This document shows, piece by piece, positions 17,844 through 26,938 of a stretch of DNA of 45,537 bases (within the stretch, counting starts at the first letter, position 1; each line of letters opens with the position of its first letter). Source of the DNA: a candidate division WOR-3 bacterium (GTDB taxonomy: Bacteria; Hydrothermota; Tepidihabitantia; Tepidihabitantales; Tepidihabitantaceae); NCBI GenBank assembly GCA_965648905.1, contig CBFGIT010000021.1, positions 1 to 45,537 of the forward strand. Direction: 5' to 3'. A program made the position numbers and the translations under genes. The notes beneath the pieces are model-generated. The model had not been told where the DNA came from. It worked only from the letters and a program-made list of their open reading frames with translations, and did no database searches.

Positions 17844-19796
17844 TTGACTGACCGCAGACAACTGCTGCTTGTCGCGCTGCTGGTCAGCGCTGCCGGCCTT
17901 ATCTATCTGCCGACCCTGAGGTACGAATTCACCTGGGACGACCAGATGCTCATCACCGAGAACCGGAACCTGCGTACGGCCAATCCTGCTCAGCTCTTTG
18001 CTCAAACCTTCTGGCCTGACCCGACCGGTGAAGGTTACTATCGGCCGGTCGTCGCTTTGTCGTACTGGGTCGAGCGCCGGCTCTGGGGACTGAATCCGCT
18101 CGGCTTTCATCTGACCAACCTGCTGCTCAACTGCCTGGTTGCCGGTCTTGCCGCCCTGGTGTTGGCGCGACTCCTGGGAAAGGCCCTTTTGGCACTGGTC
18201 GGCGGCCTGCTCTTTGCCCTGCATCCGGCCCATGTTGAGTCGGTCGCGTTCGTCTCAGGCCGCACCGACCTGCTGATGTCGGTCTTCCTGCTCACTGCAT
18301 TCCTTCTTGTCCTCAGGTTCCGCGCGACGCAACGCCCGATAACCGGTATCGGGATTCTCGCCGGGTTCAGCCTGGCCCTGCTCTGCAAAGAGGCGGCAAT
18401 CATGTTCCCCCTGCTCGCGTTCCTGGCGCTTGCTCCCTCAATACGACGGCCAGGCACAACTCGCCAGACCTGGTTTCTCCTCATCGGCATGATTCTCATT
18501 GCTGCTCTCTATCTTGTTGCCCGCTCGCTCATCCTCTCTGGCAAGACCGCAGGCTGGAGCGAGGAAACACCGGTTCAACGTGTGTTCCTGGTCGTGAACG
18601 GATTCGGCCGGTACCTGTACCAGGCAGTCTGGCCGTTCGGACATCGCCTGCTGTTCTCAGATGTCGAAGCGTTTGCTGCCTTCGGCTGGCCGACTCTCGT
18701 CGGGCTGGTCGGGTTCAGTGGGCTGGTCTGGCTGGCCTGGCGCTACCGCGGTCAGGCCCTTGGCCTGGGCAGTACCTTATTCATCCTGTTTGTGCTTCCC
18801 GGGTGCAACCTCTTCCCTATCGGCCTGACCTACTTTGCCGAACGCCTGCTCTATCTGCCGGTCCTGGGTCTAGTCATCCTTGGAGCCGCGGCTGCCGCGC
18901 ACGTCCCCGGACCCGGCCTTCGACGCCTGCTGCTCATAGCAGCAATCATCTATGCTTCGGCAATGGCCTGGGGCACGTTGCGGCGCATGCCGGTCTGGCA
19001 GAACAACGCCACGCTCTACGCGAAGATGGTTCAGGAAGCACCAGACTCGCCCAACGCCCACTACAACTGGGGAACCGAACTGGACAGACGCGGCGATATT
19101 CCGGGAGCCATGGCCGCCTACCGCCGGGCGCTCGAAGCGTCGCCTGACTTTGCCCCGGCCTACAATAACCTTGGTGTCCTGCTCGAACGCACTGGTGACC
19201 GGGCTGGTGCATATCTGGCCTATCGCCGGGCCATGGGCCTTGACTCGACCTATGCCACAGTGCGCTACAACTATGCCGGCGCACTCAAGAGTTCAGGCGA
19301 CCTGGCCGGCGCAACCCGGGAGCTGCGCCGGGCACTCGAACTGCAACCCTTCCTGACTCAAGCCCGGCGCCAACTGGCCCGGCTCTACCTTGATATGGAA
19401 AACATAAGCGCTGCGGTCGAGGAGTATCGTGTCGGACTCGCGCTGGAACCGGACGACGCAAGCCTTCACTACGGACTGGCCGCAGCTCTGCGTGCCAGCG
19501 GTAACCTTACCGCGGCGATTCAGGAGTACGGCCGGGCAATCGAACTCGACCCGACCATGGTCGCGGCTCATAACGACCAGGCCATCGCTCTTGAAGAAGC
19601 CGGAAACCCGGAAGCGGCCCTGCGCGGTTTCAAGCGTGCGGCTGAGCTTGCACCCAATGACCCTTATGTCCACGCCAACCTTGCTGCCATGCTTGAGCGC
19701 ATGGGTCACCATGAGCAGGCCGAAACAGTCTACCAGCGGGTGCTTGAGCTCGCCCCAGACTTCAGCCTTCCCAAGAACTCGCGCGGAAAACCGTGA
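17844..19796 (+). CDS. TMTC-like GT-C membrane glycosyltransferase with TPR repeats
   Basis: FTWDD, YYRP, FHLTN, FALHPAHVESV, KE, AERLLYLP then TPRs. Confidence 0.85.
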   Translation: MTDRRQLLLVALLVSAAGLIYLPTLRYEFTWDDQMLITENRNLRTANPAQLFAQTFWPDPTGEGYYRPVVALSYWVERRLWGLNPLGFHLTNLLLNCLVAGLAALVLARLLGKALLALVGGLLFALHPAHVESVAFVSGRTDLLMSVFLLTAFLLVLRFRATQRPITGIGILAGFSLALLCKEAAIMFPLLAFLALAPSIRRPGTTRQTWFLLIGMILIAALYLVARSLILSGKTAGWSEETPVQRVFLVVNGFGRYLYQAVWPFGHRLLFSDVEAFAAFGWPTLVGLVGFSGLVWLAWRYRGQALGLGSTLFILFVLPGCNLFPIGLTYFAERLLYLPVLGLVILGAAAAAHVPGPGLRRLLLIAAIIYASAMAWGTLRRMPVWQNNATLYAKMVQEAPDSPNAHYNWGTELDRRGDIPGAMAAYRRALEASPDFAPAYNNLGVLLERTGDRAGAYLAYRRAMGLDSTYATVRYNYAGALKSSGDLAGATRELRRALELQPFLTQARRQLARLYLDMENISAAVEEYRVGLALEPDDASLHYGLAAALRASGNLTAAIQEYGRAIELDPTMVAAHNDQAIALEEAGNPEAALRGFKRAAELAPNDPYVHANLAAMLERMGHHEQAETVYQRVLELAPDFSLPKNSRGKP

Positions 19797-21649
19797 CCCG
19801 CCTGCACCCGGCGCTTGTCGTCCTCATCCCGGCACTTGCCGCTGCTCTGCTCTACGCTCCAAGCCTTAAGTTCGGGTTTGTCTGGGATGACCGGGCCCTG
19901 ATTCTTGAGAACCCCGAAATCAGAAGCCCCAACCCTTTCCGGCTGTTCGCTCAGAGCTTCACCCATTCCTGGGCGGTTCGCGGGCTCGGCCCCCATGCTT
20001 ACTACCGGCCAATCGTGACCCTGAGCTTCTGGGACGACCATAAGCTGTGGCGTTTCAATCCATTAGGGTACCATCTGACAAGTACTATCCTGAATGCCGT
20101 CGCCACCGCCGTGGTTGCTGTGCTTGCTCTCCTGCTCTTCCGCTCATTCTGGCCGGCTCTCTTTGTCGGACTCGTCTTTGCCCTGCACCCGGCTCATGTT
20201 GAGTCGGTCGCGTTCGTCTCCGGCCGCACCGACCTCCTGATGAGCCTGTTCCTGCTCATCGCACTGATACTTCTGATTCGTGGCCGAAGCCTGGTCTGGG
20301 CTGCCGTTCTGTTCGCGCTTGCCCTGCTCTGCAAGGAAGCAGCAATCCTGTTCCCGGCGCTGGTGCTGGTCTGCAACCCGGGCCAGAGCCCGCGGCGCAG
20401 ACTGTTGCTGACTGCTTTTGTCCTTGCCGCAGTTGCCACAACATATCTTGCAGCACGGACCATGGTCTTGCGCGGCCCTCAGCCAGCCTGGGGTGACGTG
20501 ACCGCAGCCCAGCGCGTGCTGCTGTTCCTGAACGCGGTCGGCCGCTACGCATTCACAACAGTCTTCCCCTTCTACCACCGGCTCACGTATCCGAACCTGG
20601 TTGAGTTCGCATCTGCAGGCTGGCCCACGCCTGTTGGCCTCTTGACCCTGGCTGCAACCGTGTATGCCCTGTGGCGTGAGCGTAATAGTGCGGTCGGGCT
20701 CGGCTCGGGGCTATTCCTGTTGACGCTCCTGCCCGCCAGCAACCTGTTCCCGCCTGGACCATCGTACCTGTCAGAACGTCTGCTCTATCTGCCGACTGCA
20801 GGTGCAGTGATTGCCATTGTTGCCTTGGTCTGCCGTCTACCCAAGGCATGGTCCCGGCCGGCCGCGATTGCCGGCCTGCTGCTCTGCACAGCCATGACCG
20901 CAAGTGTGCTCTACCGTTTGCCCATATGGAAAGACGAACTTAGCCTTGCCGAGACCATGGTCAGAGAGCGACCGCACGACCCTCAGGCCCGAGGCCAATT
21001 GGGCCGGGCTCTGCTCGAACGCGGCCAGACCCGGTCGGCAATCGACGAACTGCGTACTGCCCTGCAGTTGGACCCGGGCGCGACCGACGCAAGATACGAA
21101 CTGGCCCGCTCCCTTCGAGAGTCGAACGACCTTGCCGGTGCTGAGGCTGAACTCAAAGAACTCCTCCGCCAGAATCCCGACTTCCCCGACGCACACGCTC
21201 TTCTCGGCACGGTCCTGCTCGAACAGGGCGATAACCAGGCGGCGATCGAAGCTCTGAGCGTTGCGCTCAGACAGACACCGAATGACGCCATGCTCCACAA
21301 CAACTTAGGCGTTGCCCTGGACCAACTGGGCCGGGTTGACGAAGCCGAGCAGGAGTTCAGACGGGCACTCGAACTCGCCCCCAACCTTGCCCTGGCTCAT
21401 AACAATCTCGGCGAAGTTCTCCTCCGCCGCGGCGACCAGCAGGCAGCCCTGGCCCAGTTCCGACAGGCGCTCGCTTCAAACCCGGACTACGGATTGGCGC
21501 TCTTCAACCTTGGCCTGCTACATGAAGCCCAGGGCAACCGGGAAGAAGCCTTGCGGGCACTGCTTCGCGCTCAGGAGTTGATGCCCGATTTTTCGGGCGT
21601 TGCCGAGGCGCTCCGGCGCATCCGGTCCCAAAAGCCTTGGGAAAACTGA
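19793..21649 (+). CDS. TMTC-like GT-C membrane glycosyltransferase with TPR repeats (paralogue)
   Basis: FVWDD, YYRP, FALHPAHVESV, SERLLYLP then TPRs; GTGA overlap with upstream gene. Confidence 0.85.
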   Translation: MTRLHPALVVLIPALAAALLYAPSLKFGFVWDDRALILENPEIRSPNPFRLFAQSFTHSWAVRGLGPHAYYRPIVTLSFWDDHKLWRFNPLGYHLTSTILNAVATAVVAVLALLLFRSFWPALFVGLVFALHPAHVESVAFVSGRTDLLMSLFLLIALILLIRGRSLVWAAVLFALALLCKEAAILFPALVLVCNPGQSPRRRLLLTAFVLAAVATTYLAARTMVLRGPQPAWGDVTAAQRVLLFLNAVGRYAFTTVFPFYHRLTYPNLVEFASAGWPTPVGLLTLAATVYALWRERNSAVGLGSGLFLLTLLPASNLFPPGPSYLSERLLYLPTAGAVIAIVALVCRLPKAWSRPAAIAGLLLCTAMTASVLYRLPIWKDELSLAETMVRERPHDPQARGQLGRALLERGQTRSAIDELRTALQLDPGATDARYELARSLRESNDLAGAEAELKELLRQNPDFPDAHALLGTVLLEQGDNQAAIEALSVALRQTPNDAMLHNNLGVALDQLGRVDEAEQEFRRALELAPNLALAHNNLGEVLLRRGDQQAALAQFRQALASNPDYGLALFNLGLLHEAQGNREEALRALLRAQELMPDFSGVAEALRRIRSQKPWEN

Positions 21650-21672
21650 AAGCCCGGACAAGCCGGGCTTTC
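21648..21672. terminator. Hairpin between convergent genes
   Basis: GAAAGCCCGG-ACAAG-CCGGGCTTTC perfect 10-bp stem. Confidence 0.7.
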
Positions 21673-21688
21673 GGTATGCTGATGCGTC

Positions 21689-23107
21689 CTATTCGACCAG
21701 AACCAGCCGCGTGACCTGCTGGTGAGGTCCGGCCGCAAGGCGCAGGTAGTATGCACCGCGGCCCACAGCCTTGCCGTCCTCATCGCGACCGTCCCAGACC
21801 GCTTCGTGCTGTCCGGTCGGCTCCAGCCCGGAACGCAGGGTCCGTACCAGGCTGCCTGAGGCCGAGTACACCCAGAGATTGACAAATCCCGGACCAGCCA
21901 GAGAGTACTGCACTGCCACCCGGCCACGGGCTGGATTGGGCCGGGCCGAGAACCGTCCCAGGGTCAGCGCCCGCCGCTCCTCCAGCCCCGAGACGCGCAC
22001 CACGCGCACCTCGCCGGTCAACAGGTTGTTGGCCAGATTCATGTCCGGCCGGTACGTGCCGACCGTACAGCGGGTTGCAAAAGTACCCAGCTCCAAGGGA
22101 GTCCAGGCCCGCAGCGACGCCGTATCACACCGCCCGGCGGCGAGCACAACAGTCGTGCTCTCAACATAGCTCGTGCCGATGAAGAACTTCACCCTGGCCA
22201 TGTCCTGCAACGTGCCGTTGTTTCGGACCTCAACCATGGGCACGACCGCAACACCTGAGTCAACACTGTCCACCGGTGCCAGAATCGCGGTCACCGCCAC
22301 GTCATAGACGTTCACCGTGATATTCAGGCGCTGCCGGTTGTTACTGCCGACCGCGTCGCCGGCAAGCTCGGTTGTGCAGGTCACAACCGACTGACCGCGC
22401 ATCCGCGGACTCCAGTCCGGGAACTGCACGTGTCGAACCGTACCCGGTTCGTGGTTCGTAACCGTGACGGTCGTGTCGTACTCGGTGCCGATGCGCATGC
22501 GTACCGGATAGGTCTCGACGTTCGACGCGTAGTTGTACACCGAGCAACTCGGCGTAACCACTACGCCTGAATCGAGCGTGCCGGTCGGCGCGGCAATGCC
22601 CATCACGCCGACATCATGCTCAATCTGACCCGGCAGGTACTGCTCGATTATCTGGCGGATGAGCTGCTCGTTGAAGCCCTCTTGGAAGAACCGAATGACC
22701 CCTTCCGGGTCTACGACATAGTTCAACGGGATGTAGCCGTTCTGCCGGTAAATGCCCCAGACCGTGCCGTTATCCCGCAGATAGGGATTGGTATTCTGCC
22801 GGGCATACGACCGGACAATCGACATGTCTTCCGACAGATTGATTGCCAGAGCAACAAACCCCTGATTACGGTAGTCTTCATACATTACGGAAAGGCGCGG
22901 TAACTCCGCGCGGCACTGCGGTCAGCTCGACTGCCAGAAGTTCAGCAGTACGACCCGGCCGGCGTACTCGGTGAGCTGATGGTTCACCCAGGCAGTATCA
23001 GGCAAAGTGAAGTTCGGCGCCTGGTCGCCGACATTCAGCACGGCCAGCGCGGTCCCGGGCAGAAGCCCGGCCAGCGCCAGCACAGCAATACGGACTCCGG
23101 TTCTCAT
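21689..23107 (-). CDS. Exported selenoprotein: TlpA/redoxin (UxxC) + two Ig/CARDB-like domains + FlgD/T9SS-type C-terminal domain (472 aa)
   Basis: ORFs 22922-23107 and 21689-22885 are in frame; reads LLNFWQSS-TGA-PQCRAELPRL; signal peptide; downstream hairpin. Confidence 0.88.
22895..22911 (-). promoter_or_regulatory. Putative bacterial SECIS element
   Basis: GCGCGG-AGTTA-CCGCGC hairpin starting 11 nt after the in-frame TGA (22924-22922). Confidence 0.65.
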
Positions 23108-23158
23108 GTGTCCTTCTTTCGAGCTTGATTATCGTTCGCAGTCCTGCGTCTCGCAACT

Positions 23159-23186
23159 ATTCTAGCGCCAGGTGCGAGCCGGTCAA
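23159..23186 (-). promoter_or_regulatory. Promoter for selenoprotein gene
   Basis: TTGACC-N16-TAGAAT. Confidence 0.6.
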
Positions 23187-23215
23187 GTCCGCGCAGCCGC
23201 CGGAACCCGAACGTG

Positions 23216-23533
23216 AACCACCAAGCACACCAAGGGCACGAAGAGGAAGAAGCCGAATACAGAATGCAAATTGCAGAATGCAGAAGGCAAAATGGCGAAG
23301 AGCGAAGAGCTAACGGCGGGCGGCGCTTACGCGACGGGTGTCAATAATTTCGGCATGTGTCACCGGAATTCCGAGAAGGCAGAATACAGAGTGCAGAAGG
23401 CAAAGGGCAGAATGACGAAGAGCGAGAAGCGAAAGGCGAAGGACGAGTGGCGACCTTGGCGGTCTTGGTGGTTAGTGGTTCGCCTGCGCTTACGCGACCG
23501 GTGTCAATAATCCCGGCATGTGTCACCGGAATT
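23216..23533. repeat. Composite repeat island: heptamer tracts, 48-bp direct repeat (23323-23370, 23486-23533), imperfect inverted repeat
   Basis: 45 of 48 nt identical between copies; GCAGAAT-type 7-mers; AACCACCAAG..CCAAGG inverted pair. Confidence 0.85.
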
Positions 23534-23593
23534 GTCCGACCGCCATTACCCTGCTATGCTGTCCAACGCCAACGACTCAATCCTTGTCGGTGC

Positions 23594-24400
23594 CTAGTAC
23601 AGAATGCCAACTAGACCGATGCCGACGTGTAGCGTCAGGCCGTCCTCTGTTTCGTCGTAATGCGTGAAGCGGTCGAAGACCAACCCGAACTCGAACGGGA
23701 TACCCACGTGCGGAACAACCTGCATCATCACTCCGCCCGATGCCTTGAACCGCATGCCGTTCAGGTCATATGTGGACGAGTATTCATCACTGGTGTGCAA
23801 ACGCGCATAGCCGAAGCCCAGTCCGAAGAACGGCAGGGACTTGCTGCCCGCATCTCCGAACACCGCCACCGCCTTCGGACAGATCGCGAAGCCAGTGTAT
23901 GTGGCAGTAGTAGCGTAGTAGCCGCCGTAGCCGTAGCGCTCATAGGTCACCAAATTGACACTTACCGAGAGGTCAGCACCCAGCCCGATTCCACGTGATA
24001 CGAACATCACGTAACTGGGTGCGAGCGCGAAAAGCACGATCGGGTATTCACCGTACAACTGCCCTGAAAATAGTGCGAACTCCATGGACCCGCCTATCAG
24101 GCTGCTGCCTTGGCCGGAGGCGAATCTGGCCGGGGTCAGCCCTGCCGCCGGACTCACGAACTGCGCCGGCGATGTGACAGGCTGCATGCTGCCCTGACCG
24201 TACTCGACCCTCACGATGTTTGCCATTGGGACATCCAGTCGGCCGTAGCTGGTCTCGAGCAACAGCATGCCTTCCTGCTGCCCTACGATCTTGCCCCGCA
24301 GGGTGCTACCGTCCTTCAGCACAATGGACTGCACCTCCTGTGCGACAAGAGAACTACAAACTAGCACGAGCACTGCCGCGAGTCGGATGCGAGTAGACAT
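23594..24400 (-). CDS. Secreted protein: LKDGS N-terminal domain + probable outer-membrane beta-barrel
   Basis: Signal peptide, AGGAGG RBS before ATG 24400, amphipathic strands ending LHVGIGLVGILY. Confidence 0.75.
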   Translation of the reverse strand: MSTRIRLAAVLVLVCSSLVAQEVQSIVLKDGSTLRGKIVGQQEGMLLLETSYGRLDVPMANIVRVEYGQGSMQPVTSPAQFVSPAAGLTPARFASGQGSSLIGGSMEFALFSGQLYGEYPIVLFALAPSYVMFVSRGIGLGADLSVSVNLVTYERYGYGGYYATTATYTGFAICPKAVAVFGDAGSKSLPFFGLGFGYARLHTSDEYSSTYDLNGMRFKASGGVMMQVVPHVGIPFEFGLVFDRFTHYDETEDGLTLHVGIGLVGILY

Positions 24401-24424
24401 CGTACCTCCTTGTTCCTGCAATCG

Positions 24425-25129
24425 CTAGAATCTCACCTTCAAGCCGACTCGCGCCGAGGCCTCGCCAGCCGGGCAGTCGAGCGCTAGCGCGGTCTGCAAC
24501 CGGTCATGGTAGGGTGCAAAGCGGTACTCAGCGTAAGCCGACTGTGTAGCTCGGTCGAAGTCGAACGCCCAGCCATAGCGCTTGTTGTAGGCATTGAGGG
24601 AAGCGTACGTGTGGACGTACTCAATCAGCCTGAACGGAGCTAGTATGAGTAACGGTGGGAGGTCCGGCGAGCCGTAAGGACCGGCCTCGGCGATTTCCAC
24701 CGCGGTCCATATCATCAGCGGCATGCCTACGCAGAAGTAGCCTGCCGCCCAGCCGTACTCCTCTGCGTAGACCATGCCAGCTCCGGGGATGAGCCACGCG
24801 AAGAAGCACCCCAGGCACGGCTCCTTCTTGGGTTTGACGTGGAACTGGCTTGCCTGCATCTGCTCAGGCGCTGCGCCCGGGAACGCCGTCTGTGGCTGGA
24901 CGGCGCCGCCGGTGGCGTACTCAACCCGGAGCACGTTGGCCTTGGGCACCTCCAGCTTGCCGTAGTCTGTTTCGACCAGCAACATGGTCGCGTCCTGGTG
25001 GACCACGTTGCCACGGATCGTGCTGCCGTCCTTCAGGTAGATGACCTGCACTTCTTGAGCCAGTGCTGCTGTAGAGAGTATCAGCAGCGTTAACAGACTA
25101 CAACCCCAGGTCCCGAGGCTTCGTCTCAT
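24425..25129 (-). CDS. Secreted/membrane protein: LKDGS N-terminal domain + TM2-like segment
   Basis: AAGGAGG RBS before ATG 25129; KKEP..FAWLIPGAGMVY; ends ARVGLKVRF. Confidence 0.75.
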   Translation of the reverse strand: MRRSLGTWGCSLLTLLILSTAALAQEVQVIYLKDGSTIRGNVVHQDATMLLVETDYGKLEVPKANVLRVEYATGGAVQPQTAFPGAAPEQMQASQFHVKPKKEPCLGCFFAWLIPGAGMVYAEEYGWAAGYFCVGMPLMIWTAVEIAEAGPYGSPDLPPLLILAPFRLIEYVHTYASLNAYNKRYGWAFDFDRATQSAYAEYRFAPYHDRLQTALALDCPAGEASARVGLKVRF

Positions 25130-25453
25130 GTTTTCCTCCTTAAGCGTTTCAAGCCTCACAGAGGCGCGGATACGGTTTGTCTCGGTAAGCCGGCCGCGTT
25201 ACCGGCGTACCGGTCATCTTGTCTCTCGCCGACCAGTCCATGCCAGCCCAGCAGCTCAGGTGCCCGACTCTTCCGAGTCGACGGAAGGAAGTGGAACCCG
25301 CTTGCAGGAGACATTCGCTGAATGAGTACGGGTCTGACTATCGGGCTGGCATGCGCGCACGGTCTAGAACCATGAACCTAACTGACACGACCTTACACTT
25401 CCACTCGGGAACTCTGCCGCAGTGTCGATGGCATCCTTGACTGCTCAGTGACA

Positions 25454-26656
25454 TCAGTGCAGCCAATCGAAAGAGCGCCCCTCACTGAACTCCTGCACCA
25501 GCCCGCCGATGTTGTTGAAAGCCAGCGCGACTTTGACGTTGGTCGTGCTGAAATCGTATATCGCGGCGTCGCTCGAGAAGTCCACCCGGAGATAGTCCTT
25601 GTAAGAGAGGGCGCAGCCTACGCAGAGACCGATGCGTCTCAACCTGCCGAGCCCGGGCCCAGTGAGGACGTCGCCGAGTCCGTAGTGATACGTCTGCCCT
25701 GCGTCGTTTTCGAAGACCAGACCGCCACGCTGGCCGGTGAGGTCTTCGAAGTACCCGAGCCGAAAGGTTAGAATCTGGAGGGCCGTCACCTCGATCGCTA
25801 CACTCTTCCACATGTCGCGCAGCTCCTCTCCCAGCTTCCGTCTCAGCGGTTTCTTACCCGTCGAGTCGTAGAACATCCCGACCAGGACCTTGTCCAGTTC
25901 CAACACCGGCCGCATGCGTACAAACCTGTCGCACAGCGTGAAGGACGCGCCGATGCGCAGCGTTCGGGGCAGCGGGTCGCTCTCGCCGTGCTCGTAGTAT
26001 GAGATGTTCGGACCAATGTTCGCGAGGGTTATGCCGAACGAGAGAAAGTGCAGAGGTCTGTACAACACCCCAAAGTCCGCCGCCACCGTGTTCCCGGTAC
26101 CACCACGCTCAATACCCAGTTCGGGCATGACCTTCCAGACCCACTCGGGAACGAGGAAACTGCGGATGTACTTGGCGTTGAGCCCAACGCCAAGGGTAGG
26201 GTGCACACGGACGCCGCCGTGGATGCCGGCGAAGAGGTCGTAGGTTGTGTAACGTCCGAGGAACTCGCCCCGTTCGTTTATCACGTCAGTCTTGCCGGTC
26301 GAAAAGTACATCCAATCCACGCCTGCATTCAGATTCATCTTACTGACCGGCAGTCCGAGGCCGGCACTGCCGTAGTAGTAGTACATCCCCGGGTAGAGAC
26401 CAGGGAGCCATTGGGCGAAAGTCGCGCAGCCGCCAAGGCTCTGTTGGAATCCCAATCCGCCCGCATTCCAGTATGCCGCATCGGCGTCATCGGCCAATGC
26501 GGTCATCGCGCCCGCCAGCGCGGTAGAGCGGGCGGTCGGCCAAACCATCAGGAACACGGCTCCGGGATTCTGCCTGGCGTGCAGACCCGGCGCACTCAGA
26601 CAGACGGCCATTGCGACGAGCGCGGCCATTTGACTCAGCCTCTTTCCCATATGCAT
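25454..26656 (-). CDS. porV: PorV/PorQ-family outer-membrane barrel (T9SS cargo shuttle-like)
   Basis: GAVFLMVWPTARSTALAG..ADDADAAYWN.GGL, QWLP, NIGPNISY..SDPLP..LR.G. Confidence 0.8.
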   Translation of the reverse strand: MHMGKRLSQMAALVAMAVCLSAPGLHARQNPGAVFLMVWPTARSTALAGAMTALADDADAAYWNAGGLGFQQSLGGCATFAQWLPGLYPGMYYYYGSAGLGLPVSKMNLNAGVDWMYFSTGKTDVINERGEFLGRYTTYDLFAGIHGGVRVHPTLGVGLNAKYIRSFLVPEWVWKVMPELGIERGGTGNTVAADFGVLYRPLHFLSFGITLANIGPNISYYEHGESDPLPRTLRIGASFTLCDRFVRMRPVLELDKVLVGMFYDSTGKKPLRRKLGEELRDMWKSVAIEVTALQILTFRLGYFEDLTGQRGGLVFENDAGQTYHYGLGDVLTGPGLGRLRRIGLCVGCALSYKDYLRVDFSSDAAIYDFSTTNVKVALAFNNIGGLVQEFSEGRSFDWLH

Positions 26657-26814
26657 TCTGCCTCCTCAGTTCTGGGGTCGCATGATAGCAGCACTTGCTT
26701 CATGGCATGTCAAGCAGTATGGACGGACATGTGTGATCGCGATCCTGACGATGCAAATCGAAACCGTTGACAACGCCGGAACTGCCGAACTCGTCTGCTG
26801 TCGGTCACGCGGCG

Positions 26815-26843
26815 ATTATAGATGCCCGGGCCGGAGGTGTCAA
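26815..26843 (-). promoter_or_regulatory. Perfect consensus sigma70 promoter upstream of porV
   Basis: TTGACA-N17-TATAAT. Confidence 0.8.
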
Positions 26844-26938
26844 GCAAGGAAAAGGAAGGTGTATTCTTGGACTTGCGCGGACGCCAACTGTTATCGGTGT
26901 TCCCGTCGAGGCCGGGCGGAACATGGCTTCCATTGCGG

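Noticed and set aside
22922..22924. Genome-wide UGA reassignment to Trp/Gly
   Set aside because: TGA terminates conserved genes here (e.g. rpsT, nrdG-like) and TGG is used for Trp; the in-frame TGA aligns with a catalytic Cys
23323..23533. CRISPR array
   Set aside because: Only two 48-bp copies separated by 115 nt of low-complexity repeats; no cas genes
23555..23596. Integron attC site after the LKDGS genes
   Set aside because: A GTTRRRY match exists on the minus strand, but there is no complementary inverse core and no integrase
25251..25295. SRP RNA (CAGG...CGGAAGGAAG resemblance)
   Set aside because: Motif halves are separated by a 20-nt hairpin and the AGCA partner strand is missing
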